Positions 9,400-20,984 of a DNA stretch of 64,000 nucleotides are shown piece by piece. Positions within the stretch are counted from its first letter, which is position 1; each line of letters starts with the position of its first letter. The translations under genes and the position numbers were made by a program. Below the pieces are notes generated by a model that was not told the DNA's origin, did not search any database, and saw nothing but the letters and a program-made list of their open reading frames with translations. The stretch is taken from the NCBI GenBank assembly GCA_964036045.1, contig OZ038378.1:163122001-163186000 (forward strand). The letters are read 5' to 3'. Source of the DNA: Eutreptiella sp. 'Long Island Sound 2002' (lineage: Eukaryota; Protista; Euglenida).

Positions 9400-11040
9400 G
9401 TACCAATCCCTTTGGACCCCCCCCCACCTAATTCCCAAATAGGGTGAAAAACACATAAATACGGCCTAAAATATGTTTTACACAGCTTGGATGGTCATTG
9501 GTCATTTTAAGTGATCACGGTATCAGAAAATGAAGTTTCGAAAACTTCGAATTTTGAGCTGCCCAGGGTGAAAAACTGCATAAACAGGTTGTGTACCAAT
9601 CCCTTGGGAGCCCCCCCCCCCCCCCGTTCGCCCAATGCCCAAATAGGGTGAAAAACACATAAATACGGCCTAAAACATGCCTTACATACCTTGGATGGTC
9701 ATTTTAGGTGATCTTGGTATCAAAAAAAAAGTTTTGAAAAATTTGATTTTTGAGCTGCCCAGGGTGAATAACTGAATAAGCAGGTTGTGTACCAATCCCT
9801 TTGGAGCCCCCCCCCCCCCCCCCCCCCACCTAATACCCAAATAGGACGAAAAACTCATGAATACGGCCTAAAATATGCTTTACATACCTTGGATGGTCAT
9901 TTTGGGTGATCACAATATCATAAAAACAACTTTCCAAGACTTCGATTTTTGAGCTGTCCAGGGTGAATAACTGCATAAGCAGGTTGTGTACCAATCCCTT
10001 GGAAGCCCCCCCGGACCTAATACCCAAGTAGGGTGAAAAACATGTAAATACGGCCTAAAATATGCTTTACATACCTTGGATGGTCATTTTGGGTGATCAC
10101 GGTATCAAAAAAAGAACTTTCGAAAACTTCGATTTTTTGAGCTACTCAGGGTGAAAAACTGCATTAGCACGTTGTGAACCAATCCCTTGGGAGACCCCCC
10201 CCCCCCCCCCAATACCCAAATAGGGTGAAAAACTCGCAAATACGGCCTAAAATATGCTTTACATATCTTGGATGGTCATTTTAGGTGATCACAAAATCAA
10301 AAAAATAAGTTTCGACAACTTCGATTTTTGAGCTGCCCAGGGTGAAAAACTGCATAAAAAGGTTGTACCTATCCCATACCCATCCCTTGGGAGCCCCCCC
10401 CCCCCCCCAACCTAATACCCGAATAGGGTGAAAAACACATGAATACGGCCTAAAACATACCTTACATAGCTTGGATGGTCATTTTAGGTGATCTTGGTAT
10501 CAAGAAAAAAGTTTTGAAAACGTTGATTTTTGAGTTGCCCAGGGTGAAAAACTGCATCAGCAGGTTGTGTACCAATCCCTTTGGAGACCCCCCACCCACC
10601 CAATACCCAAATAGGATGAAAAACTCATGAATACGGCCTAAAATATGCTTTACATACCTAGGATGGTAATTTTAGGTGATCACAATATCATAAAAACAAC
10701 TTTCCAAGACTTCGATTTTTGAGCTGTCCAGGGTGAAAAGCTGCATAAGCAGGTTGTGTACCAATCCCTTGGAACCCCCCACCCCCCCCGGACCTAATAC
10801 CCAAGTAGGGTGAAAAACACGCACATACGGCCTAAAATATGCTTTACATACCTTGGATGGTCATTTTAGGTGATCACAATATCAAAAAAAGAACTTTCGA
10901 AAACTTCGATTTTTGAGCTACCCAGGGTGAAAAACTGCATTAGCACGTTGTGAACCAATCCCTTGGGAGACCCCCCCCCCCCCCCCACCTAATACCCAAA
11001 TAGGGTGACAAACACGTAAATACGGCCTAAAACATGCAGG
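9400..11040. repeat. Satellite array, ~195-bp monomer x8 plus a partial ninth, with a 4-monomer higher-order repeat
   Basis: Anchor acggcctaaaa at 9461, 9665, 9863, 10050, 10242, 10445, 10633, 10827 and 11022. Monomers are separated by poly-C tracts. Confidence 0.97.
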
Positions 11041-13800
11041 CAATGAGGCTTAGTAAGGCGTGAATATTCTGTAAGAGGGTCGGCAAGAGGGCTGTTTGGG
11101 ATTAGGGGGCCTAGGTTCTGAAACCCGACAGCCGCACTAGAGGAGTCCATGGGGAGCTTTGGGGGCCAGGGCGTATGGCTTGGTGGAGGCGAAGCAGCCG
11201 GGGTCAAGGTATTGTATGGCTCCTGGGTACATTGCACACGTACATCACAATGTACCTCTTTTGCTGGATGTGGCAAAAGGGGTGCTCCAAAAAGGTTGCC
11301 TGAGTGTGACGTTGCAGCCGAACACATGGGTACGCGGCATCCAAAGAACACCGCAAACGGAAAATGAACCTGGACGCCATCGACCATGACACAACGACAG
11401 CTCCACACAGTGTCTCGGCGCTGACCAAGGAGATGCCCCAAAGCCCGCTACCACACTCCCCATGGGTCAGCGACACACCACCACCGACGGCCAATATGAA
11501 AGATGTTGCCCAACTCCGAAACCGGACCAGTTCCTCCGAGGATGGCTCAAAAGACACACACACACCAAATGGTCGCCGACACATCGACTTGACGAAGCGG
11601 CTTGCAAACCACATCACCGACAACGCCTTCATTCCTCTCAATGGTGTTCCCGACACTGTCCAAAGGCCCAGCGAATAAGCGCACAATCTTCGATGATTTC
11701 GGGCCTGCTTTCCTCGTAGTTGAATACTTGGCCACAGCGGACAGACTAATCCCCCCTGTCCACAATCTTCACAGTTTTGGAGTAGGTAGTGGTGGTCAAG
11801 TTCCTAGAATATCACTCATATCAGAATATCAAGCCCTAAATGGGACCCACCCCTAGTGCCTCACATGCCAATAGTTCCGCATGGTGTCCAAGGGGGGGGG
11901 GGGGTCGGATGGGATGCTAGGTTGCCGTAGATTGACTTCGCCGTTGAGTCACCACCGTGGATGGGTATTGGATCATACAAGCCCTCCGCTGAGGGACATA
12001 GTGTGATGAGTGCTATGGGTTGCAGTTCCATAATCATAGTGGCTCTAATGATGGTAGTTCCATTGAGGCTAGCCATGGCAAACCAGCCGGTGGTTGGAAT
12101 TGCCAGTCAAGCAGCGGGGCAGCAAAGATGCGGGCTTGTTGCTTAAAGCACCACGAACCCCATGGGGCAATGCTTTGCAACACTGCCTCTGGCGGCTACC
12201 AACGGTGCCCTCCCTAAATGGGCAAAATGTACAACAACCCATCCACTCCCAATGTGTCCTCAATAGCAAGGCCCATAGTCCCAATGTGCGGGGGCTAGGA
12301 AGATAGGGGAAGTGTGTGCGGTGCTGCAGGAGGGGCTGCCGGACGATGGCCTCATGGTGGGGATTTGCCTAGGCCATCGTTCACGCATCGCTCCTTTGGC
12401 ACATATGTGACAGTGGGTGCCGATCTACCACACCACAACACATGCGTCTTGCGGCCAAGGGGAACGGCTCGGCCACCATCCGAGGACTCCTTCTGCCCTT
12501 CATATGGCCGAAAAAATTCTCTTTTTGCCCCCGTTTAAAATCCCTCTTCCCCTTGGGCCATGGCCGCCAACACCAACAGTGTTTACAGCATCCCGAACCG
12601 CGCCGCATATTGGCATGACCCCGTGTGCTCCAACACATGGCTAGCAAAGTTGGCCCAGGACGGGAGTATGGTTGCCTATTTGTCAAATGTTCACCTCTTG
12701 CATGTTGGTAAGGCGTGTTCCCGCGCCAGTCCAACCTTAAGACCTGCTATCGCATGACAGAGTCAGCAGGGCAAACAAAGCAAAAGACATTCTACAACCC
12801 AAGGCTCGCAGGGCAGCACAGTGATCCTCTATCCTTCAAACCACTTGATGGTGCCCAAAGCCTCTGCGACACGCGCATGGTATCGGTGGCGGAATACCTC
12901 AAGGGTCCACCCCAGGGTACAGGAGGTGCAAGGCTGTACCATCACAAGCTTCTCTAGGGTGGTCAAGCACAGAGGTTTCATTATCATTGGGTTCCTGCTG
13001 CACCGCTTGGCTGTGGAGCTCTGGAGTGCAGGGGGCCAAGTGGCTGCAATCTCCTCCAGATGCTGCAGGCTTGGCCAAAAGAGGTGCCAGTTTTGTGGGC
13101 ACCTTCCTCTTTTGCCTGTTGGCTGACTCTGTGAAACAACCCCCATACACACACCGTGCGTGCATTGTGTATGGTACTCCCTCTCAACTTTGTCCAACAA
13201 ACCAACCAGCCAACCTCTGAGGGCTCAGATGTCACAAGAAAGCACCCCAAATAATTGCACCGCGCATAGCCCCTGGAAATGTACTATGCACAGCAAGGCA
13301 CTTCGGGAAGCAAGCACAAGGTCCTTGAGCACAGCATACAATCGTGAAGACCAAATGCAGGAACATCCACTGTGCGTGTGTCTGTCTGTTGGCCTGGTTG
13401 GAGATGTAGCTGTCTGCCTGTTTGACTACCTAACTAATGGGTTGGGGAGAAGGTGCATGTTATCCACAAGGCTCCCTTTTATTGGGAAGTACAGAATTGC
13501 CCCCGAAATGGCTACATCAGGTGTGCAGGGAAGGGGACAGATGGCAGGACAGGGAAACAAATTTCAATTTAACGGAGTGCACATTGACCGCTCAGGGAAT
13601 GTTCCCCCAATATCGTCACTGGCAGGTGTAAATGGAGCCCTCTGAAGGCTATCGTCCCCCTTGTGCGCATTGCAGCGAAACCACAGCAGGATACCAATAC
13701 CTACTCATTCCTTCGAGCATTTGGAGCTTCCAGGGAGTATGCATGGAGGATCAACTGTGAGTGTTAATATGCGGTTGGGAAAGCAGGTTGAGAAGGAGGC
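11040..13800 (+). mobile_element. Highly decayed retroelement-like fragments
   Basis: Broken protein-like ORFs (11364..11856; 12715..12957 FYNPRLAG; Cys pairs near 13650). Only vague similarity to the LINE; no catalytic motif is intact. Confidence 0.25.
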
Positions 13801-14499
13801 TTTGGTTACAAGCTTGTGAGGTGAAATACAAGTTCCATCAATGCTTTGTCGGCAAAGGATAGAACTAGAAAAAATAATCGATTATGCAAGGAAGCAACAG
13901 GTAAAAGGGTGTACCCATGGACTCTGTGCCAGAAACCCATGACAACTGTGTTCATTAAAAATTTTAGGGAATTTCTGGTATTTGCCTTTTCATACTTGTG
14001 GGCAATGTGGCATCCACCCAACCTGCCCTGAAAAAAAAGGAGTTTAGAAAGAAAATGTTGAGGAGAGGGTGGTGGGGGAGGGGGGGGAAGGCCTGCTGTT
14101 GAATAATGTTGAAGAGTGACAGAGCGCATGGGTGGCCAGGGAAAGCAGCACGTGACTGGCCACATCCGGCAGCTGAGGATCAGGGGAAAACTTTCCCAAT
14201 AAATGAGCTCCTTAGAGCATCGGAATGCATCAATGGGGCCTCTGGCACCCCCCACATGCACATTCAGCGCGCCCCACGCACCCTGCACAACTCTGGGAGG
14301 GCCACAACTTGTGAAGAGCAAAATAGGTGCCATGCAGTCAAGCATGATTGAGGAGAAAAGGAGGGGCAGGAGAGGGGGGGGGGGGGGGAGAAGCAGATTG
14401 CAGGCAAAAAACACGAATCTTCACAACTAAGCATGTGGGGAGGAAAGTTTTTGGGGAGGGCAGTGAAAGCTGGTTTGTTGTCATACAGTACAAGCAGTG

Positions 14500-16150
14500 T
14501 CCAATGCTTTGCCTTTTTGTGTGACATGCTATTTGAGGTCAGTTGTCTTCCCAAACCATGTACTGTCAAACTAAGGTTTTTGGCCACTTACTGCAACCGT
14601 TCCAACTCTTTGTTGAGATGTTGCTGCACATATCTGGTTCAGATTAGTGGCTCAACATGCTAGCATCGCTCTGTTGTCCTTGGATTGGTGGGGTAGTCCC
14701 CGTCTCTGGTGGTCTCTCCTTCTCTGTGCTTGCCTACTGGTCATGAAGCATAGAAACAAAAACAAAACACAAGCCCTGGGATGGGATTATCTGCAGAAGT
14801 CATCTGTCTCGAGAAAAGTAAATTACCTTGCCAGGCATCCATCCAACCATCTGTGCAGGTGTACCAACCCACAGGACTGTTTGTGCGCCCAGCGATGCAA
14901 AACACACATGATTTGGTGCCCCCATCTCTGTTGCCCTGCACGCACAGCGCACACTATGGAGTTACAAAACCCTTGGTAGGTTTGCAGTCATCGTTCTGTA
15001 TGGGTTCAGAGATGGATAGTGTGTTGACGGGCTCCCAAGGACGTCACATCCCTCATCATCTTCTATTCATGAAGGTGAAGAAGGTCAACTAATAAACCAA
15101 TCGAAGTCCGAAACTGTGTGCTCAGCACATCCCAATGCGTAATGGCAACACCTGTTGTGTTTCTTGGTTCTGTCAGATCTTGCTTGTTGGTGTAGGAAAC
15201 TGCTTTTCAGGTGGCACAAGGACACTTGCTGAGCCCCAATGTAGCTAAGGTGCACTATAAACTGCTCGTCTCCCTGCCCACTCTGCCTGAAATATGCCAA
15301 TTTAATCAGCGAAAATCGTTGCATTCATGCAGCAATGCCAGGCGTGGTGGAACGATTGCAAGCCTGCAACAATGAAACCTCCAGGAAAAAAAAGACCGAA
15401 AAAAAAAACAAGGAAACCTGCTTTGGCCCACCACATCTCCAATACAATGTTTGCAATTGCACACCGCATGTGAGAAAAAGGGATGGCAAGTGAACAAATT
15501 TAACCATGTCCAAAGCAGGGCTGCATACCCAAACTAGCCCATCCCTCCCACCTAAAACAGGACGACATTGGCAGACATTTGTGGTCCACAAGCTGACAAG
15601 CTGACTTTTCTGTGTCCCTGGCAACAGAGATGCTGCGCCTGGTACCAAAAAAAAATTAATAAATTCATTCCCAAAATTACACATTGCCTCCTGGCTCCTT
15701 TCTCTACAGGGAACAAGAAGGGCGACACAATGGGACTGTGGTCTGTGCTGGCGCATTCTAAGAAAAAAAGCCGGAAAAAAATGTGCATGGGGCCTTCAGT
15801 GAACTCACTTCAAAGCGCCATTACCTAAATGGGCACTGCTTGAAGGCCAATAAACTTCAAGAGATCACTCAGCATAGGTGACCTCAATATCAATAAATTG
15901 TTGGTCAGCTTGGCATAAACTATAAATAAGCGCTGGAGAGCACGAGCACGCTCTCCCTTGTCAACTGACGTCCTCCTGCACCATACTGCTGCAAGAGGTT
16001 ATCAGTTCAGACCCCAAAATGAGTGCTGTGTGCTGAGTGGCCTTGTCTTACGGTATGAAGCCTTCTTTGGTGGTGGTGCCTGCTCTTGCACTTCCTCCTC
16101 CACTGCCTCTGGCTTCTTCTTGACGACCTTTTCACCACTGAAAGCTGCAA
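14500..16150 (-). mobile_element. Possible decayed hAT-like transposase relic
   Basis: GWYTCTDGWMDAWQGNLL in ORF 14741..14941 resembles the hAT 'DgW' first catalytic motif. Charged N-terminal-like stretch EKVVKKKPEAVEEEVQEQAPPPKK near 16100. Many stops. Confidence 0.25.
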
Positions 16151-16365
16151 CAAATAATGATCATGTGGAGGCGTGGTTCAGAGCTCAGAGCAGGGCACTG
16201 AAAGAACAGGGCACTCAGGGCACTGAAAGACACAGCATACACAGCTTAATCATTCCCAACTCACCTAGGGACAGGTGAGTGTCATGGCTTCGTCATGGCA
16301 CCTTGGGTTAGCCCATACCCAGAGAACAGCACAGTACCAGCATGCACTGTATGTTAAGCAGCAAG

Positions 16366-16516
16366 TCCATTCATCCATTCATCCAAACATCCAAACATCC
16401 ATTCATCCAAACATCCATTCATCCAAACATCCAAACATCGAAACAGCCAATCATCCAAACATCCAAACATCCAAACATCCATTCATCCAAACATCCAAAC
16501 ATCCATTCATCCATTC
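16366..16516. repeat. Compound 8-mer minisatellite of CATCCAAA and CATCCATT units
   Basis: Direct reading of the sequence. Confidence 0.95.
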
Positions 16517-16824
16517 TGTAGGCACAGTTCTGCGGACAGGAGGGAGGGAAGATACCAACACTGCAAAGAGAACCCCCCCAAAACATGTGATTCAAGTTTC
16601 GTGCCTTACTAGTAGTAGCTTAGATTCTGATATTTCGAATCATTTCACATTTTTCAACAGGACCTGGGTCTGGCTCAACGTGTAGTGGCAGTAATAGCCC
16701 ACCCCACCCCACCTAAAAACTGGCACAAAATTGAGTCCTTCATTAGAGACCTTTGTCAGGGTTAAACATCCATTTTCATACGTTGGGGCATTGGGGTATG
16801 GTGCGAGAATGCCGCCAAAAAACA

Positions 16825-16880
16825 GGGGTATGTGGCGTTCGCGCCTGCCTATGATCTAACAACCTCTCTTCAAGGTGATT
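16825..16880 (+). repeat. Dispersed repeat family member (other copies at ~26985-27040 and ~42265-42330)
   Basis: Shared core gatctaaca(a/g)ccctcttc(g/a)aggtgatt preceded by a gc-rich ggcg...cgcctg stretch in all three copies. Confidence 0.75.
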
Positions 16881-17129
16881 CAGCTGCAGGTGGTGGTGGT
16901 GGTGCTGCTGTGGTTTCCAACCTGACCTTTCCCTAACCTTTAGCGTGTGCAACAACAACCAATATGCCCCCCCCCCCCCAGGCCTTGTGAAACAAGCATT
17001 CAGCTCCAGTGGAACACATCACACACACCACAATAGCAGTGTGCGCACCCAACCAGAAAGGGGCTCAAAGGGCGGGAGACATGCTGTAAAACGCAGCATA
17101 CAACCTCAATTTCAGGAATCAAATGCTAT

Positions 17130-19170
17130 TGGGGCATGTGCTCTGTGGTGCGGGTGACTGCAGTGGTGGTCACAAGCAAGGTAGGCATACTGGTGAGACA
17201 CAACTCAAGGTTGAGTTCCAATCCGTCTCGGTACACCACAACAGGTAGAGTATCCCCAGGTTCATGGACACTTAAAACTCCCTGTGGCAGAGAAGGAACA
17301 GAAAAGATGCTATGGGGTAAATGTGGCATACCAAAATACCCATATGCTCAGCCATTGCAACACCCTGCAGTGGCTTCTTGGAAACCAGCAATCTTCCATG
17401 TGGTATTTAGTCATCAAAGGACCTGCCTAGCATGTGGGATTGGGCTTATGACCATATGATACCAATCTGGCCGATTTATTCGTCTCCTCTTGGTCTAGCA
17501 ACATATGAATATCAGTGGACGGGCCCATTTTCGTAATTGTGCTTCGAATACTGTGCTTCACCACCTCGAGTGGCCAACAAACATACTAACAATCCTAAGC
17601 CGGTTGTCAGCAAGGACAAAAAATACTTCTTGAAGATGACCTTGCAAAATGGTCATCTTCCTGAGAAAAACATGCAAATTTGTCACAGCTTTTCGTTTGG
17701 TATTCCACGAAACAAAACCAACAGCAGGTCATTGTTTGCATTTAAAATTTGCAGAGAAAATGCAAGCTTTCCCAATTGCTGCAGTGTCATTCATAAACCT
17801 GGAAAACCTGCCTGGAAAATGCAAGCAATGTGAGCACCTCATGCAAGGAATGGTGTACAAAGCCATCACACACCCCAATACAGTGTTGTGTGGACATCCT
17901 TCTGATGCAGCTGTTACAAGCTGTCAACATACCTCTTTGGTAAAGACTCTGCTGACCAACCTGCTGCCTTTGTGACAACCTGCCACGTCAGTCCAGATGC
18001 ACTCTATGCACACAAACACACACTCACACTGCATCCTGACATGCATTTCTAATGCACCTGCATCGATGTGCCCACCAATCCAACTACTTGCTGGATGCTG
18101 TAGAGATCATAAAAAACTCCATTCCAGAGTCCCTGTCCTGGTTGCAAGAGTTGAAAGCAAAATGCATGTGTCAATTTCACATACCACCATATCTTGTTTC
18201 CCAAGAATGGGATGGCCATCAATACTCAGAATTATGTCTTCCACATCTATTCCCGCCTGAGACATACACAGCATCCTATGTAAATGCAGCTCATTCTCAC
18301 TAAATGGGTGCAGAGGATAACTCCTACCAATAACTGCCCCACTCCAATCCCCACGGGTTGGGCCATGAATCGTAAACGTGGGCGAGATTGGTACTTCTGG
18401 GTATACGCACTAATTTGAGTTTTCAAGAGGAGCTTGTCTACGTTGCTTTTCCCAATCCACAGGTACTGTTTGGTGCTGGGAGGTACGACAAGGGGTAGCA
18501 GCAGCACCCACGAGCAGATGCACAAATACCCCACTCTCATTGCCAGCGCTGGCATGCGTCACATTCAGTCAATACTGAAATTTGGAGGGTGCTCACCACG
18601 AGGCCCATCGCTCACCTAGATCAGTCCGGGCCCCACTTCGACCTTGGTGCAATGTTGCAATCTGAATGCTTTGTCAGTTTGTCCATCCACAAACATTGCC
18701 GGGGTGACCGCCACACCATATGGCAAACCTATTTAAAAAACATAGTTTGGTATTGGTTTAATGGGGTATCCGAACTAAGGATAATTGCTGGGACAGGATT
18801 GCATACAGGGGGAGTGGGAAATATAACATAGGGCCAGGAGGTTCCAGATTCCAAAGTGTTCCCATCAGCGATGCGCAGCACCGGCATTCCAGGCATTTTG
18901 CCAGGTCCCCACCCAATTTGTGCGGTGTGCTGACAGCAACAGCAGTCATGCTGGGTCACAGCCCCATGGCATTTGTCAAGGGCAGACAGATCAACCAAAG
19001 ATCCGCATAAAAACCGCACCACTTACTTATTTTTTGAGGGGAGTAAGCACCCACACCTAACGCCTCAGCATTGCAGCAGGCCGATACCTTGCTTGGGGAG
19101 TGATGGTGGGGTGTTTGCCATAGTGGCCACTTGTGTGGTGAGGGGGCTTGTCATGTTTGCACCATAAGAG
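17130..19170 (+). mobile_element. Old LINE-like fragments (post-RT region)
   Basis: Broken frames such as WTLKTPCGREGTEKMLWG and FPKNGMAINTQNYVFHIYSRL loosely parallel the post-RT segment of the 2-9 kb LINE. Confidence 0.2.
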
Positions 19171-19784
19171 CCTAGCAGTGGGGCCTTGGTAGTTATGCCC
19201 TGCTAGCACCCACACCTGGGTAAAGCGCAGCCCTGGGGTGATCCAATGCCTAGTTTCAGGTGCACATCACGAGGGGTCTTGCGCTTCTGTAATCCAGGGT
19301 ACAATGGGAGCAGCAATCACCCCAAACTGTGCGTTCAAAAGCACTTGGGGTGAGGGTGCATCAAAACCCCAAAGTCAATCAATCCTATTTCTGAGGTTTA
19401 CACTCTTTGTTTGCCTCATTTTTTTGTACTAATTTGACAACTGCCAAGTGCCATCAAATGTGTTGCAATGCACAACAGCCTTCACATGGCCAACCCTCCC
19501 ACATAGACACACCTCATCACTCGCACCACCAGGTTTCACCAATGTCACAACTGGCACATTGCGCTGCTTCGTTCGTTCATCCTTACAAAACCTGATCTCC
19601 AGACCCATACTGGGCTTTTCAGGTTTCTTCGGCTCATCAGGTTCTTCTTGTGAGACGGTTGCCTGGATGCAATGACACATTCTATTGCCTAGGGTAGGGA
19701 ACCTAGAAGAGGGGTGGGGAGCATATAGGCACATGAAACATTGCGGAGGCTCACTTCTATGCCTCACAAATATGCCCCCCCCCA

Positions 19785-19975
19785 AAAAAAAATGATGAGG
19801 TGAAAACCACACAAAAGATGGCCTAAAACATGTTGTGCATGTGATATTTCATCATGATAAGAGGTCACAATAGCAAAAACATCAGTTTGAGACCTTTTGA
19901 TTTTTGCGCCGTCTGGGATGAAAAACTGCAGGTTGTGTATAAACCCTTTGGGAAGCCCAAGCACCCGATGGCCAA
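19785..19975 (+). repeat. Diverged orphan monomer of the 195-bp satellite
   Basis: ggtgaaaaccacac...ggcctaaaacatg...tttgattttt...gatgaaaaactgc...aggttgtgtataaaccctttgggaagccc follows the monomer's motif order. Confidence 0.7.
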
Positions 19976-20984
19976 AAAAACAAAAAATACAAAATGAAGG
20001 CCTGATACATGCTGTACATGAAATATTTGATGAATATGGGTGCCGGTTCGGGAGCTTTCGATTTTTGGGCTGTTCAGGATTCAAAAAGCAGGTTCAGAAA
20101 ATGGCAAAATCCTCACTGGTAGGGACCCATAGGGGGGCCCTGTAGGGGGTACCCAGAGATTGGACCCAGGACCAATAGGCCAACCCAGGCCCACCATGAT
20201 GCAAAACTCAAAATGGCACCTTCAAGAGACCATGGGTGTATTGGGTGCTACATAGCTCCCCATGGGTTTGTTTGTACTCCCGTTGTCACCAAACGATAAC
20301 CCAAACCTGGCCCAAGGGTCCCTGGGAGCCTTCAACAGTTTTCCATGGCACGCATCAGTGACAACCCCTGTAAAAATCGACTGCTTGTCACAATTTTCCC
20401 ACCCACGTCCACAAATTGAAAAACAACAAAGTGCGTTGTCAAGGAATGGGGACTGACAAATGCTGACTACCGAGCTGGGTCTCAACAGGTAATCACAGAA
20501 ATTGGCCCCTGCTACAGCATGTGGACAGCAGTGACAACATATCTCTCTGCTGACCACGATAGGTCAGAGTCCACAATCTCCAAACTGAGGCAATAACTAC
20601 ACCAAAGCAAATTCATACAAATTGGCTTTTTTCTTTCTTCGTGTGATAACACAGGACCTCAACGATTCTTGACTTCTCGCCTTAATAATTTTGAAATGAG
20701 GTTGTTAGATCAGGATCAACCGCAAATGCCATGTACCACCATTTTTCTCAGGGGGTATTCATATAGCCCCAATTTATAAATTAGATGTTTAACACCTTGC
20801 AAAAACCATCATTTTGGGAGACAAAATTATCCAATCAATTTTTTTATCTTGACCCCTCAGCATCCCCCTAGCTTGGTGCCGCTGTTGGGGGTGGGAGGAG
20901 GGGGGGGGGGGGGGGTCAAAACCTGGATCGGCCTATTGCGGGCACTATGCGCCAACCCAGACCCAGGCACTGGCAACCCCAGTG

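Noticed and set aside
9400-11040. CRISPR-like regular repeats
   Set aside because: The whole ~195-bp monomer is repeated with no unique spacers, there are no cas genes, and the context is eukaryotic.
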